Origin: Paraspadella gotoi
Lineage: Eukaryota > Animalia > Chaetognatha
DNA: 64,000 nucleotides
Direction of reading: 5' to 3'
NCBI GenBank assembly: GCA_051294375.1
Contig: CM119270.1
Coordinates: forward strand, 14,978,046 to 15,042,045
A model generated the notes under the pieces. It was not told where the DNA came from and made no database searches. It saw nothing but the letters and a program-made list of their open reading frames with translations. The translations under genes were made by a program, and so were the position numbers. Positions 30,124 through 43,770 of this stretch are shown in pieces; position 1 is the first letter of the stretch; each line of letters begins with the position of its first letter.

Positions 30124-31108
30124 AACTCTCTTTCTTCTGTATTCTCTTTTTTATTTTTTCTTCATTAGCATCATAGCGGTTGGTAAGATACTTCTTCAAA
30201 GAACGCCACGCTTATTCTAAAGACAAGAGTAAGATTTCTCCTAACGTTTGCCAAATTACATTCTTGAGCCAAATGTACTTATTTTTTACGGTACAACCAA
30301 ATAAAAATGATCAATTACATTCAATAAGTAAAATATTTCCACTGTGGAATTTAGTGAGATTACGTTTATACATTATTACTTACAGAATAACTGTAAAATA
30401 AGAAACTGCCGAAGTCGTTAAAGATCGAAGGTTGACGTCACGAATGAAACGAAAAAATCTTGAATCGACGCGAGGAGAAATTTTTAAAAAATTTGAACCA
30501 AAACTGGATAATAATCCGCTTGGGCCTTCCATGTGCGATTTTCAGATAAGTTGATTGGCAAACGCACAATCGAACTACTGAAATAAAAAAAACGTTAAAA
30601 AACAAAGAACCTGTCACTTTCTTCTTGGATGCATTTGCCTATGAGTCATGTAACTATATACAATGCTATGTAATGGGTTTTGTCTATGGTAAGCTTTTTT
30701 TGGATTGGAGGGGGGGGGGGGGCCCTAAAACCACCACAAGCCTGTTCCAAAGTTCAGGGACAAGATAGCCCTTATTTATTATTGAATGGATAATTTTATA
30801 TTGTCTGTACCAATTTCATAGGACTAAAAATATATATACAAAAAGCATCTTATGGTTTATTTCTTCTATGTTAAATATTTTGTTTATTCTATTATACAAA
30901 ATATGGCGCATTTACGTTTTAATCATGTGACCATAGTTCTGCACGTAGGGTCATATGCTAATACTGGGGTATAAAACATATTTCAGTCTTGCAATATTCT
31001 CAAACATATTAAAAATTTTATGAATTATATCTTGCATTGAGTTCTGTCTCGCTGATGTTACTTATGCTACGAATGGAACCAAAATAATATAAACTTTATT
31101 AGTATATT

Positions 31109-31247
31109 TAACAAGTTGAAGCATTTAACGTAAACGAGAACAGATGTCAAATGCGACCGAAAGGCATACCAAACCGAGCGACCGACCGGACCAAAATGTG
31201 AGTTATCTTGTTGTCTCGCAAGTATCGCGGCTAATCGCAACTAAAAA
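31109..31247 (+). mobile_element. Degenerate short Helentron/HINE-like repeat fragment
   Basis: Begins AACAAG and has GACC-type microsatellite units, then GTGAGTTAT...CGCAAGTATCGCGG...GCAACTAAAA. This resembles the 3' end at 58010-58125. Confidence 0.45.
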
Positions 31248-31824
31248 AGAAACAAAAAAACAATTATCTTCCAATTTCACGAAAACGACTCGAAACGAGG
31301 CGAACAAAAAAGACGAGTCAGAGCCTTTAGTGACGATCTTCAGTAGAGTTTTATGTAGTGGAAGGAGAAAAAGAATGAACAAAAGAGAGTAAATGGAGGA
31401 AAGATAAAGGGAGAAAAGGAGACGAAACAGCGAAAGCAGCAACTTATTCTGAAAACAAGGCATTGGAACGATTGAAGAGGAGAGAGAGACAGGAGAGAGA
31501 GAGAGAGAGACAGAGAGCAGAGAGAGAGACGAGAGAAGGGAGAGAGACGATTGATCAAGAAGAGCAGATAGAGTCGTCGATCGTGTGGAGAGGAGCGAGA
31601 GGAGAGAGCAGACCTTAGTCGTATGCCTGATATGCGTCTCTCTCCCCTCTCTCCGCCTGCTCTCCTCTATCTTGCCTCTCGCCTATTTTTGCTATCCTAG
31701 CGTTCTCAAGCTCATCCGATTGACGCCGGCAAAAAACAAAGAGCTTCCATGCCCGGCGTCGGCTGGACCGAGGGCAACATTTTGACAAAAGCAATAAAAA
31801 TTTTCCGCTCCTGCGCCCTCGCTT

Positions 31825-32305
31825 ATTTCGTGGCATCGGTGGTGGGATTCAGTGGCCACAACGGCGGTGGGGATTGGTGGCTCGGGGTGGGAATTGGTGC
31901 TTTGGGGTGGGAATTGGAGGGCATCGGTCGCATAGCGATAGCCAGTGCTGTGATTGGATGCATCGTGGTGGGGATTGGCTGGTTTGGGTGGGGGATTTGG
32001 TTGGCACGGTTGGGATTTGTTTCATCGGAGGTGAGGGACTTGGTGGCTTTGTTCTTGAGGAATTTCGCAATGCGCATCGAGGTTGGGATAGGTTCACGTA
32101 TTGGAGTAGAGGCTTAGTGGCCATCGGCGGTGGGGTTGGTGGCATCCGGTGTGTGGATTGTGGCATCGGGGTGCAGGTTCATTGAGGGGCAACAGCGTTT
32201 AGATTTTTGGCATCGGTGTGCGCTGCGCCGCTCGCTCCGCAACGGGGTGGGGGTTGAGTTGGCTCGGGGTGGGGCAGATGCGGTGGCATGGGGTAGGGGA
32301 TCGGT
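31825..32305. repeat. Degenerate ~20-21-bp G-rich minisatellite (consensus close to GGCATCGGTGGTGGGATTGGT)
   Basis: GGCATCGG and GGTGGG(A/G)ATTGG recur many times with frequent indels. Confidence 0.65.
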
Positions 32306-32448
32306 AAAGGAAAGATGAGGAGAGTTGCCAGAAGGAAACCAAGTAAAACCAGAATTAGCTTACCAGACCAAAAAGGGAAACTAGAAAGGGAGAACAAAAG
32401 AGTTGCAAGAAGTTATGGAAAGGAATAGGAAGAGTTCAAAGAACGGTT

Positions 32449-32483
<35 letters not shown>

Positions 32484-35400
32484 GAGAGAGAGAGAGAGAG
32501 ATGAGAGAGAGGAGGAGGAGAGAGAGAGAGCTACAATCGTGCCCGCTGACTATTTTTATGTATCTGAGCGTCATGGAAAGAGTAGAGAACAGACGAGAAT
32601 AAAAAGTATCGTTGAAAAAAAATTTGCGGAGATCATTTTCTGAGAAATTTAAGGAAAGGAAAAAGCTATAATGCAAACGATGCATGAAAAAAAAACACAA
32701 CAATGGCAGAAAAAATCGAGGAAAAAAAAATTGAGAGAGAGAGAGAGTCGAGAGAGACGAGGTGCTTCTGATCATGACTTAGGAATGAGTTGCTGGAAAG
32801 TAATGTAATCCATCCGCTATTGACACGGAAAGAGATGTAAAGATAAAATATAAAATCAACCGGCGCGCGCTACATCTCTTTTTTCATCTCTCTTTCCTCT
32901 CTCATCTCCTCTCTCTCTCCTCTCTCTCTCTCTCTACTCTCTCTCATCCATCTCTCTCTCTTTTTTTTTTTTAATAGAGATTATCATTTTGTTTTCTTTG
33001 TTTATGAACAAGAAAGCCGCGGGCGGACAGGAAAGGACGAAACAGACCCAAGCAGATGGGAGAAGAGGAAAAAATGCCTCAACGCATTTAGCTTTTAATC
33101 AATCTCGAAAAATAGAATTTTTTTATTATATCAAAGACTAGGAGTTTATTTAATTCAAACTTTTTTTTTAGAGTTAAATATATTAATTATATTATTTCTT
33201 TACCGGCTGAAACTCTTGGGTCATATAAAGGACAAAAACTATAAAACAAAGCGAATTATTGGTAGATTACAATTTCTTAATACAATTTTCAGTTGGCGAA
33301 GAAAAGAAAAGATCGGAAAGAAATTCGCAGAAAATGGGATTAAAAAAAAGACGCACGCCAGCCCGAACGGGACTCCGCCCGCAATTTTAAATCTCCCTTT
33401 ACGTCGTTCGAAGGACATTTGACTTCATTTTTTAACCATTTTTTGGAGGCGAACTTTTAACTTTCTTGGTTTTCCTTTCTTTTTTTTTTTTTTTTTGGCA
33501 TCCACCTTTTTACGCATTTTACTTTAATTGGTTTGAATTCGTTTTTTTTTTTTTAAATTTAACATAATTTTTATTTTTTGCTTTTATTGAAAGGATCAAT
33601 TAAAACCCTGTTTCATACATTTTAGCTTTTTCAACATATTTTCAAAGTAATTAAAAAAAAACTAGAACGAATTTTGTTTGCACACATAGCCAGGATTGTT
33701 TTTTTTCTCACAATCACAGTGAGCGCGGTTTTGCTTTTACATTTCGCAGTCTATTTCTCTTTCTTCTTTACCATCATTTTGTCCTGGTCTCTATGCTTTT
33801 TCTGCCAAGACAGACGGAGGAAAAGCGCAGACGACGACGGCGACGACGACGACCGAAATCGCGTAGCTGACGTCGACGTTTGGACGAAAAGGCAACGACG
33901 TCTCCGACGACGAAGAAGAAGACGACGACAGCCGGCCGGGTTAGCGACACTAGGGAACGATTTGCAACCGCACAGCGAGCGACACGAAACTACTGGCAGC
34001 AAAACAAACACCGGAATGTAACCCGAAACGCTGCTTTTAACCAATTTTTATAAGCAAAAAATAGTCTGCATATCCCTCCGGGAATCCCGCTATACAATTC
34101 TGATCCTTAAGTATTCCACAGAGGAAGGGCCGGATGCGGACGAATTTGGAGAAAAAAAATAGTGTTATCCTTTATGCATAATGAATTCCACTACGAACGA
34201 GCGAATTTCGCCGCGATCGTATTCTTCAATCTTTTTCCCTCTTAAATATTTCACGAAATTTGCGCGGATTTGAGGAGATTTTTCAATTTCGACGGTGCCA
34301 GAGTGAGAATTTTTGTGAAGAAGAAAGAAATGACATGGATAATGATTAAATGAATGACCATGAGATGAATGAAAATTTATTTTGAAGCCTTTACTGCACA
34401 TCAAATCAAAGTAAAAAATATCAAACGATTTTTATATAAAAAAAAAAAAAAAAAAGAGCAACAAAAATGTTTTGTACAATCTTTTACGTATTCCACGTAT
34501 TCAACTGTAAATGTATATCGAAAAATTGGTGCCGAGAAGAAATTAAAATGATAATTATCAGATGCCAGTTTCAACGTCTCTCCCTACCCTGATTACGAAT
34601 GCTTTAAAAGTTAAAAACTGTTTCTTGGCCACCATGTCCCACTTGTTTTCTGATAGGAGACTTTCGTTTGTTCCTTCGGGTTTCCAGGTGGCTCTGATCG
34701 TTCCAATACGTTGGCACCATTTGCCTGTTCTTTTGTCAGGCCATCTCTCTTTGTAGTGCGGCTTAGTTTCCTGCCAAGCAGGAGAGTATTTTATGAAATG
34801 AATGATTTAATATTATTATATGCATTCTAGACTTAATAGACATATTTTAGATCCATTCTAATTAGTTGCGTTTGGTTATTTAACATAAGTTTAACACTTT
34901 TTGATTAAATTTTCTCGATAATATTATTTAAAACATAAATTTGAAAAAAACAAGTAATGAAGATATTTTCTTTTTCAGTTATTCTTTTCATTTTTTTGTC
35001 CTTTGTTCTCACAGAAAAGTTAATGGTAAACGGATAAAACACGGCAATCGTTAATAACGGCCAAATATTTCATGTTAAATCTGATTAAAAAATTGAAGAA
35101 AATTAGTGGAGCCACTTTTATTTATTTCTAATTCAAACAAAATTTCGAAACAATCTATTATCAGCGAAGTCGTTAGAAATAAAAGTATCCACGTTTTCAG
35201 TCAACAAAAATTGGATAAAATAATCCTAAGTTCTGTCACATGATATTTTTGATTAACAATGGCCATTTAATTCGGATAATTTGGCATGTACGTGTTTTGA
35301 TCTAAAAAATAAATTTAATTACTATCAATATTAGCTCATGTCGATCTAATTAAAAGCTAAATCACTAATTATAACAATTCAAGCGTTGGTATATGGATAT

Positions 35401-36585
35401 TGCTTTTGGTTTAACTAAATGTAATACAATTACTTTTCTGTTCTGACTGGTCCTATAGAGCTCATCAAAAAATAATTAGGCTTGACTTTAAAGTATTAAA
35501 AAGTAAGTAGTTTAAGAACTCGATTTTTAAAAACGGCCATAATTGTTTCATGGACTTGCTCTCCCCAGCCGGAAAGAAAAGGATTGCCCATTTTCAGTAC
35601 GAACAAAAAATCAGATTCATTTGCCGATTTTACTTTCTACAGTAATGTGACTTAATTCGTATTTGGTTTACGATTTTTGGGATAGAATATGTTAGCACAG
35701 ATATATTTTTTGCCATTTTTCTTGCAATTCTGTGCTCAGATTGTTTGGGAACACAAACATATCATACATGAAAATATACTCTATACTCGGGGTTTAAAAT
35801 GACTTTCTTTTACTCAAAAACATATATGTCATTGGCGTTTCAATTTCAAAACATAATAAATATACACCAACGTAATATATCTAACCACATGTCCTCAAAA
35901 AATTGTTGGTTGAATTTACAGCCCGACAAAACGAACTCCGCCCACGCGTCGCGCATCCCTGTCACTGCTCACGAAATTCTGCATTAACGCACAAAACCAT
36001 ATCTCTTCTTACTAACAAAAATCCGCATCTCTTTTGAAAATCTGACTTTATGTTTTAAAAGTTAATGTTATAAGACGCATCATACCAGGCTAGAATTATT
36101 TCATTTTTCATCACTGTTAGTTTCAAAAATGTTAAGGAATTCTGAGAACTTTTAATGGTTAGACAGATGGAGGGTTGAATTTAAGACGTTGGATTCCTTA
36201 CGGGGCCAGCTGGACATTGTCATGCCCCTATGGGAGAGACCAGATCCATCCGACCATGATTGGCCACGTTTAAAATCTTAAGAAGAGAAACAAAACTAAA
36301 ATATTAATATGTTAAAAACATACTTTAATCAGTTTTAATCAGGATTTAATCATAGACGGGCTTCGGCTACTCTCGGTGGAAATAAATTATTATCTTTTGT
36401 TTCATTCACAACCTGCAAGCAGAGCAGCACATATATTGATTGAGAAATCCTTCACATTTGCCTTTCCAACGCAATGAGGGAAACAAAGTGACAGGAAGGC
36501 GGGCGAAAAAACGTTTCCTGATCGAAAAAAAATATTTATTAAAAAAACCAAGAGGTGAAACGAGAATAATATAGTTATTTTAAAG

Positions 36586-37391
36586 AAACAAGTTTGAGCA
36601 ACAATTTTCGTATCTGCAACGATCTTAACGGTAATTAATTTATGAATAATTAAATAATTTCCAAGTTAATTAATTAATTAATTAACTAAATTATTTTGCT
36701 GACCCGAAAATGTGTTTGTTTTGATTGTATTAACTGACTGATTATTAATTATTGATTAATAATGACCAATTGATTAAGTTACTGATTAATTGTTTGATTA
36801 ATTAATACATTCTTGCATCTACATTTAATATAAATAAGAAAAAGAAGCATAAATCCAATAGTGAAAACAGTTTTTGTTGTTTTTTCCATTTAAACTCATT
36901 TCCACTCAACCGATTCCATTCAAACCTTAGATTTCAGCTTAATCACACACTTTCCTACCGCAATACAAAATTTAAAGTCAATCTACCCCAGTCCACTTAT
37001 GAGGTAATTGGTGTGCTCAAATAAGTGAAATAAATTTTTTGTTTTTCCATTTAGACTTCATTTTCCAACTCGCACGATTCCATCGAAACTTCATATCCAG
37101 CTCAAATCACACACTTCCATACCCCACACACAAAATTTTCATTTCAATCCATCCATCCATCACGAGTAATTGGAGTTTTTGCTTAAAGTGGACGGACGGA
37201 CAGACAGAGAGTATACGGGACAGACAACGGACGGACATCATTTTTTGCATACTTTATCATAATTGTACCGTTCTGACATGTATAGTGCAATGTCCGACAA
37301 TATTGAGGGAAAAAACCGGGTACCGGAAAGAAAAGGGGAACCAAAGTGAAATTTAGAGTCGGGATCTGCTAATAAGCAGATCCGACTAAAA
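36586..37391 (+). mobile_element. DINE-1/HINE-like non-autonomous Helentron (family B), apparently full length
   Basis: Starts AAACAAG and contains two ~160-bp internal tandem units (~36880-37020 and ~37040-37180). A GGAC/AGAC microsatellite lies at 37190-37236. It ends in the stem-loop GTCGGGATCTGC-TAATAA-GCAGATCCGAC-TAAAA. A second copy lies in reverse orientation at 46760-47449. Confidence 0.7.
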
Positions 37392-38917
37392 TGTTTTAAT
37401 TAATGATGATGGTGAACAGCCACGAAATAAAACTTTCTCAGTTCTCACGAATTCAGTTCAGAAACACGATAGAAAATCGTTCACAATAGATACAATCGAA
37501 AGAAAGTAGTAGAGAGAGAGAGATGAAGAGAGGAGAGACGAGAAAATAAGATGAGCCATGAGATCTACAGGAGAGAAAGAGAGTAAATGGCATCGTGGAT
37601 ACAGTCGAAGAAAGGAGAGAGAGAGAGAGATTTGATTTTGCTGTGATTTATATCCTGCTCATAATGTCAATAAACACATTACAATCACCAAGATTCGTAA
37701 GAGAGCCGTACATGATAAATAGAATAGAAAATTAAAAAAAAAACATAACCAAAAAGATTGAAAAATTCAATTGAATAAATAAATAAGGAAATGGTAAATT
37801 AAAAAACAATAGAAAGAGAGAGAGATAGATTAGACAGCAGAAGAGCAAGAACACACAGGGATAGAGAGGAAAGAGACAGAGAAGGAGAAGAGAATAGAGA
37901 GAGAGAGAAAGGAGAGGAGACGAGAGAGGAGAGACTGGTAGGAGCAGACGTGCTCCCACGAGAGAGAGAGAGAGATAGAGAGAGAATTTTGAATTTTGAA
38001 TTTGAATATTCAATGGCGCTTAGGCACAAAATAAACAATAAGGCCATAAAAAGCTACTTTATTACATTAAGTCTACGAATTTAGGCATTCATTCATGAAA
38101 TTTTCCAATTTACAATTTATGCAGTATTTTCCCTTTGTAAATATCCCATCCCAAACAGCGTTTCGATAGGTTGAATGTTTGTCTGAATAGATTAGAATTA
38201 ATATGATTAATAGCATCGTCCAAATTAGGGTGATTTCTCGGATAATTCTTTCAATCTCCGTACAGCAAGTCTTTTAACATAGTTCAGATCAATGGTATTT
38301 GCCTTGCGGCATCTAATGTGGCGAGCAGTAGGAGTTACTGACAGGTAATATTTGAAAAATTACGAATGCTCTTAATTGTAAGCGATCATTTCATCCAGTG
38401 AGAGAAAAGAGAGAGATAGAAAGTGAGAGGAGAGAGAGAGAGAGGGAGAGAGAGAAGAGGAGAGAAGAGTGAGAGAGTGAGAGAGAGAACGAGAGAGAGA
38501 AAAAGAGTATAAATCGGTGGACTCGAGCGACGTCACAGACTTTAACGATTATGGCAATCGTCACCAAGCCACTTCCTGACCAATTGGAAGAAAGCGGTTC
38601 TCGTTACAGACACGAAGTGACAAAGAAGTTCAATTAGACATGTCTCTCTTTCTCTCTTCTCTGTGCCTGAAAAAATGACAGATTAAAATAAAACAAAGCG
38701 TAATATATAGACCTATATAATCAATCTTACATCGCGCCCTGACTTTCGTCTTCACACAAACTATCCGACAGAAAGAATCTGTATGTCCGTTTCGAAATTT
38801 TTTCGTAAACACCCTTTCGCCTCACTTGGAGGGTCAAGGTTCGCGAATAATGGGTCGTTGGATTCAGGACCCATGCGCCACGTCTATAAAAACGAACGTT
38901 GCTCTCTCTTCCTCCTC

Positions 38918-38952
<35 letters not shown>

Positions 38953-38961
38953 CTCTCTTCT

Positions 38962-39024
<63 letters not shown>

Positions 39025-39639
39025 CTCTCGTCTTTTCTATTTCACTAAAGGAAGATGAATCAAGAACGAGGTCAATGTTCTTTTTGTTTTTTTTTCTTTT
39101 TTTCAAAAGTGTTTGTTGTCTTATCTATATATATTTTGTAATTTTGTATTTTTAACGAGTCTAAAATTCGCGATCATTTCATAAGATATCATCTTGGGAA
39201 GACGATTCGGACCCAATTGGAGTACACTGACCTTTTCGTGAGACAAAAAATTTTGGAGCAAGATGAGTCGGGGCAAGTAATGGCATCTGTAAAACGGATT
39301 AGGTTAAAATATATCATTTGACTGAATTATTTACTATTTTATTTACATATTGTACTTAAATAAAAATAAACATGTTTCTAATTTAAATAAAAAAGTGTAC
39401 TTCATCATGTTTGTAATACGCTACTTTAAAAATTTATGAGTATAATAATTTTCTTTTTTTTGTCTTATTGTTAAAGTTTTGAAGGGGGGGAACTTCCTCC
39501 GAGGGGGGGGCTTTTCAAATTTTTTTTTTTAACTTTTTTTCTAATTTTTTCTCCAGACTTCAGTTTTTTGATTTTTTTTTTTTTAATCTCAAGATTCGAG
39601 ACTGAAAATCAGAATTCCCTCTCTCGCTTGACAAAAGAG

Positions 39640-39990
39640 AAAGGAGTCATCGACCGAGAGAAGCACCCCGCCGCACTCTGTGATAAGACAAGAGCGAAAA
39701 AGCAGCCTGGTTCTTGCGACTGGGTGGCGAACAGAAAAAACCCTCACATGGCACAAGAAAGCGCAAAAAGCAGCCCCCTTGCGAATAAAAAAAGATGAAA
39801 AAGGAGCCACGCCCCTTTCTGAGATAAGCCAATTAGGAAAAAGCAATGACCCAGCTTCTCCCTTCAAAAGAAGAAGCGAAAAACAGTCACCTCACCATTA
39901 TAAAGCAAAAAGGAGCTGCCTCACCCCTAAAAAAAGTCAAAGAAGCCGCCTCGCTCCCTTGAAAAGAAAAAGCAATCTGCTTCCCGCGCA
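39640..39990. repeat. Highly degenerate tandem repeat (A-rich run plus AGCAGCC/CCCCTT units)
   Basis: AAAAAG(C/G)AGC(C/T)...CCC(C)TT recurs about every 30-40 bp. Confidence 0.45.
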
Positions 39991-40616
39991 GCTGGTTGTG
40001 CATAAAAGACACTTGTATCTTTGAAAGCCAATCCGAAAGTTGGAGGAGGCGGCAAAATGTTGCTTTTGTGAAGGCTAAAGCTTTTTAACTTAAAGTTAAA
40101 ACTTCAATCATTTGCCTTTGTATTTTTGGGAAATGATAAAGAGGTGAAGATAAATTAAAGAATGAGATTAAACCTCGGAATCCCTTCTTGCACTACCGTA
40201 TGTATAGTACTGAAAAAAATTGAATGTACAGTTAACTTTTTAAAAATCAGTAGGAAAACGTAGAGCACCCATAGCTATCCTGACTTTTCTTTTCTCTCTC
40301 TCTTCTCTCTTTTTCTCTCTTCTCTCTCTTCTCTTTTTTTCCAGAAGTTGATGTTGTTGATCTATGAACCTAGAATAAGCCAAGGATTCATTTGGCAAAC
40401 GAGGACGACTAACTCGGATAAGGGTAACGTATCGGACTCGTTTTTCACCAAGGCCAGAGTGGTTTGTTTTGCTTACTTGGCCGAAAGGTGACGCTTTTTT
40501 TGTCGGCGCGTCTGATGTCGTGGTTCCCGATAAACAAAAGACTCGCTTCTCCGCACCCAATCCTCACGAAGTTAATAAAGAGGACGACAAAGAGAAAAGC
40601 GAGAGACGAGAGGAGA

Positions 40617-40650
<34 letters not shown>

Positions 40651-40661
40651 GAGAGAGAGAG

Positions 40662-40692
<31 letters not shown>

Positions 40693-43600
40693 CCTATAAA
40701 GTGGCACCATGATTTGTCGGAGAAAGAGAAGACCTTTGATTGTGCCAGACGTTTGCAGCCTGCCCGGGAAAGAAAGAATCCAATAAACAGCCTTCTTAGA
40801 AAACAGATGACTAAGGATATAACTCGGGCTTTTAAAGACAATAGTAAACTTCTAAATTCCGGAGTCGTTAAAGAACGTGTTTTACAAAAACAACTTGGAG
40901 GAAAATAAAAGATCAAGCGCGAAACCTCGCCGAAGCAACAAACCGAAATAATCTCTTTTTTGCCAAATTGTGAATTATTCATTTGGCGAAAACCGGAATA
41001 AGTCAGCCGCATCATCTCACGTCGTAAAACGATTCACATCAGAAGCGGAATCTTCGATCGTTAAACCGGCGACATTCAGCGACTGGCATCACGTGATGCA
41101 GTTCCTACGATGTCAACGTTTGCGGCCACGATACTTCGCTTTTTTTGCATAAAATGACAACCTCGTTCCGCGCGGCGAACCTGGAATAATCACGACTTTT
41201 TCGAACGAGAGAGAAAAAAAAAAAAAACAACGAAAAAATTATGATGGTTCTGACAGAATGACAGGGATTATGACAAAGCGTGACAGAATGAAACAAAAAA
41301 AAAGCACCAAGTCGGAGCCTGTTCATCGCTCAAAAATATAAGCCTTCACAGTGAAAAAAAAGTCCGATGAAAATACGGAGAGCGACGGATGCCAAAGAAC
41401 AGATGCAAAAAACAGATGAGAGCGCGAGACGAACAAAACGTCGGGCGTTATGTTCATCAAGGACAATGCGTTTCGTGGACGCGACAGCGAGTTGGCATCG
41501 AGATTCCATCTGAGGTAAATTAAACTGTCTCGACAAAATGGGCGGAGAATGCGACCCGAGTCGATCGACGTCGTCGCGGATCCCACGAATTCCGTTGGCC
41601 ACAAACGTCGATTCCGATTCGTCGCAAAATTATGTTTCTGGCATCAGTCAAATGGCCTCTTGGCACGCCTGTTTCGTCGTTCGTTGCGACGCGCGTGATC
41701 GTAACAGGAAAGGGTTTCAGTTTTCCTTTTTTTTTCCCTACCTGTTGTTTCCCGTGTTAATCTTAATGGAATGGGAACGTGGATGATTAAAAAAGGAGAG
41801 AGAATGAGAAGGACAGAAAAAATTTCGTGTGAAGACATCAAACTAAAGAGCGAGACTTTGTAGGCCCTTATCTCTGTTTATGAGAGACAACGTTTATATT
41901 TAGAATTAATCTTGTGGACCCTTCAATTCTTTTTATGAGTTCGTTCAGATCTTCCTCATTCTACAAATTTTTCCAGCTATCGAGGATTTTCGTAGGGAAC
42001 TGATCAAAAACCTGCACTCCTTCCTTAAAATCTCTTCTTTTCCTCTTAATCGTCAAACTTTTTTAAAACACACTCTGTTTAAAATAAAACCTGGTCTTGG
42101 AACTGAAATATTTTTCGCCGGTCATAGTACGTCCTGTTTTATTTTCAACTTTTTTTTTCACTAGATTACCAAACCAGAACTATATGTCCCACTTTGTAGA
42201 CCTCCACTTTCGCTCGCGAAAAAAATTATTATTATCCAATTTAACCAACTATTCTATAAAAGAAGATACCATAATCGGTCTCGCAGCGATTTTCGATTAC
42301 ATTTGACGAGATAAATTGAAATCGGATGTCTGCTATATTTTCTTTCTTTTCAATAAACTTAAAGAATACTTTAATCTTTTTCTTTTAAAAAATTTTGAGG
42401 TCATTTCGATGAGATCTCAAATTGTTTTACAAAGCGAATTAATTTTTTTTTTTCTCTTTTGCTAATAAGCAGTTCGGTACATTTGTATCTTTTTTTTCTA
42501 AGTTTCGACAGAGTTTTTTTTACTTGAATCTAATCAAAATTGTCAAGAAGAAAAAGGAAAAAAAAAGTGTTATTTTAACAACTAATTATCTTCCCGCTTA
42601 TTCGTATCAAGTTTTACGTTAATTCCTTTCTTTTTTCTTCTCTCTCTCTATGATATTTATTTCTTTGCTATGTAAACCCTCTTCTTTTTCGCCGTTAATA
42701 GTTTTACATATTTTTTTATTTGTTATCCTTATTCTTTGAGGAATGCGCAATAGTGTTCCCAAGCCATGCTTGAAGGAGTAGATTTGCAGGCCAAGCTCTT
42801 GGCCCAAGTTACGGGCGAAAGTTTGAAGGCGCGAAGCTGAGTTTTTCAGGTGATTCTGAGGGGCCGGCCTCATTAAATGCCAAGGTTCGGTGTTTGAAAA
42901 AGCTTTTCATCCATTTCTGTCTATTTTAGTCAAGGAGAGAATATAAAGAAGAAGGATTAAAGGGGAAAAACGATGAGCAAAAGCCGAGAAAATATTGCGA
43001 TGCATCAGTTTCTGAAATTTGAAATCCACCGTTGAACTTTGCTGAAAATAATATAGCCTGAGACGGTGTAGAGTGAAACTTTCTAGAGACTTCGGTAATT
43101 ATTTATCAACTAAAACGATAAAATTCAAAAAACGAAAAAAGTAAATCGAATTCGTTTTCAATGGATTGATGAATTAAAATTGCTGAAGTGGTTTTATCGT
43201 TGTTTGACAAGGTTTTTTCTCTCGTTTTCGGCGTCGCCTCCGCGTCTCCAAAAACAAAATTTTCTCTTTTCCCTTCTCTTTTCTGTCACTTGCTAGAGCG
43301 ACACTTCTGTCAAGTGTTTGTGTCACTTTTCCCATCGATTTCTTTTTTGGAAAACGGACGAAAAGAGGGGCCGAGAGGTTTCTTACCCCCTCAACTTTTT
43401 GTTCTTCATGCCATTTCGCGCCACGGCTACGCCACTCTTACGCCACGCCACTCTACGCCATTGTCACGCCACCGCCACGCTACGTAAGCCACACCTTACG
43501 CGTACGGCAACTCGCTCACCACAAGCGTTCATTGTTTAATTATTTTTTCATTCTAGTGGTTTCTCCGCCACTTTAGAAATTTATCATATTGCCATGTCGT

Positions 43601-43722
43601 GCTATTTGCCACCTCGTAATTTTGCACCCAATTAGCCCCCGCGGTTTTTTTCTTTCTTTTTTTTGCAGTTTATCATTCATGATACAGACGAATTTTGCTT
43701 GCACTATGTAGAAGAGAAGAGA

Positions 43723-43770
<48 letters not shown>

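Noticed and set aside
39640-39990. Spaced repeat that could be mistaken for a CRISPR array
   Set aside because: Repeats are degenerate, spacing is irregular, there are no cas genes, and the context is eukaryotic.
43420-43510. (ACGCC)-type degenerate repeat
   Set aside because: Ordinary decayed microsatellite.
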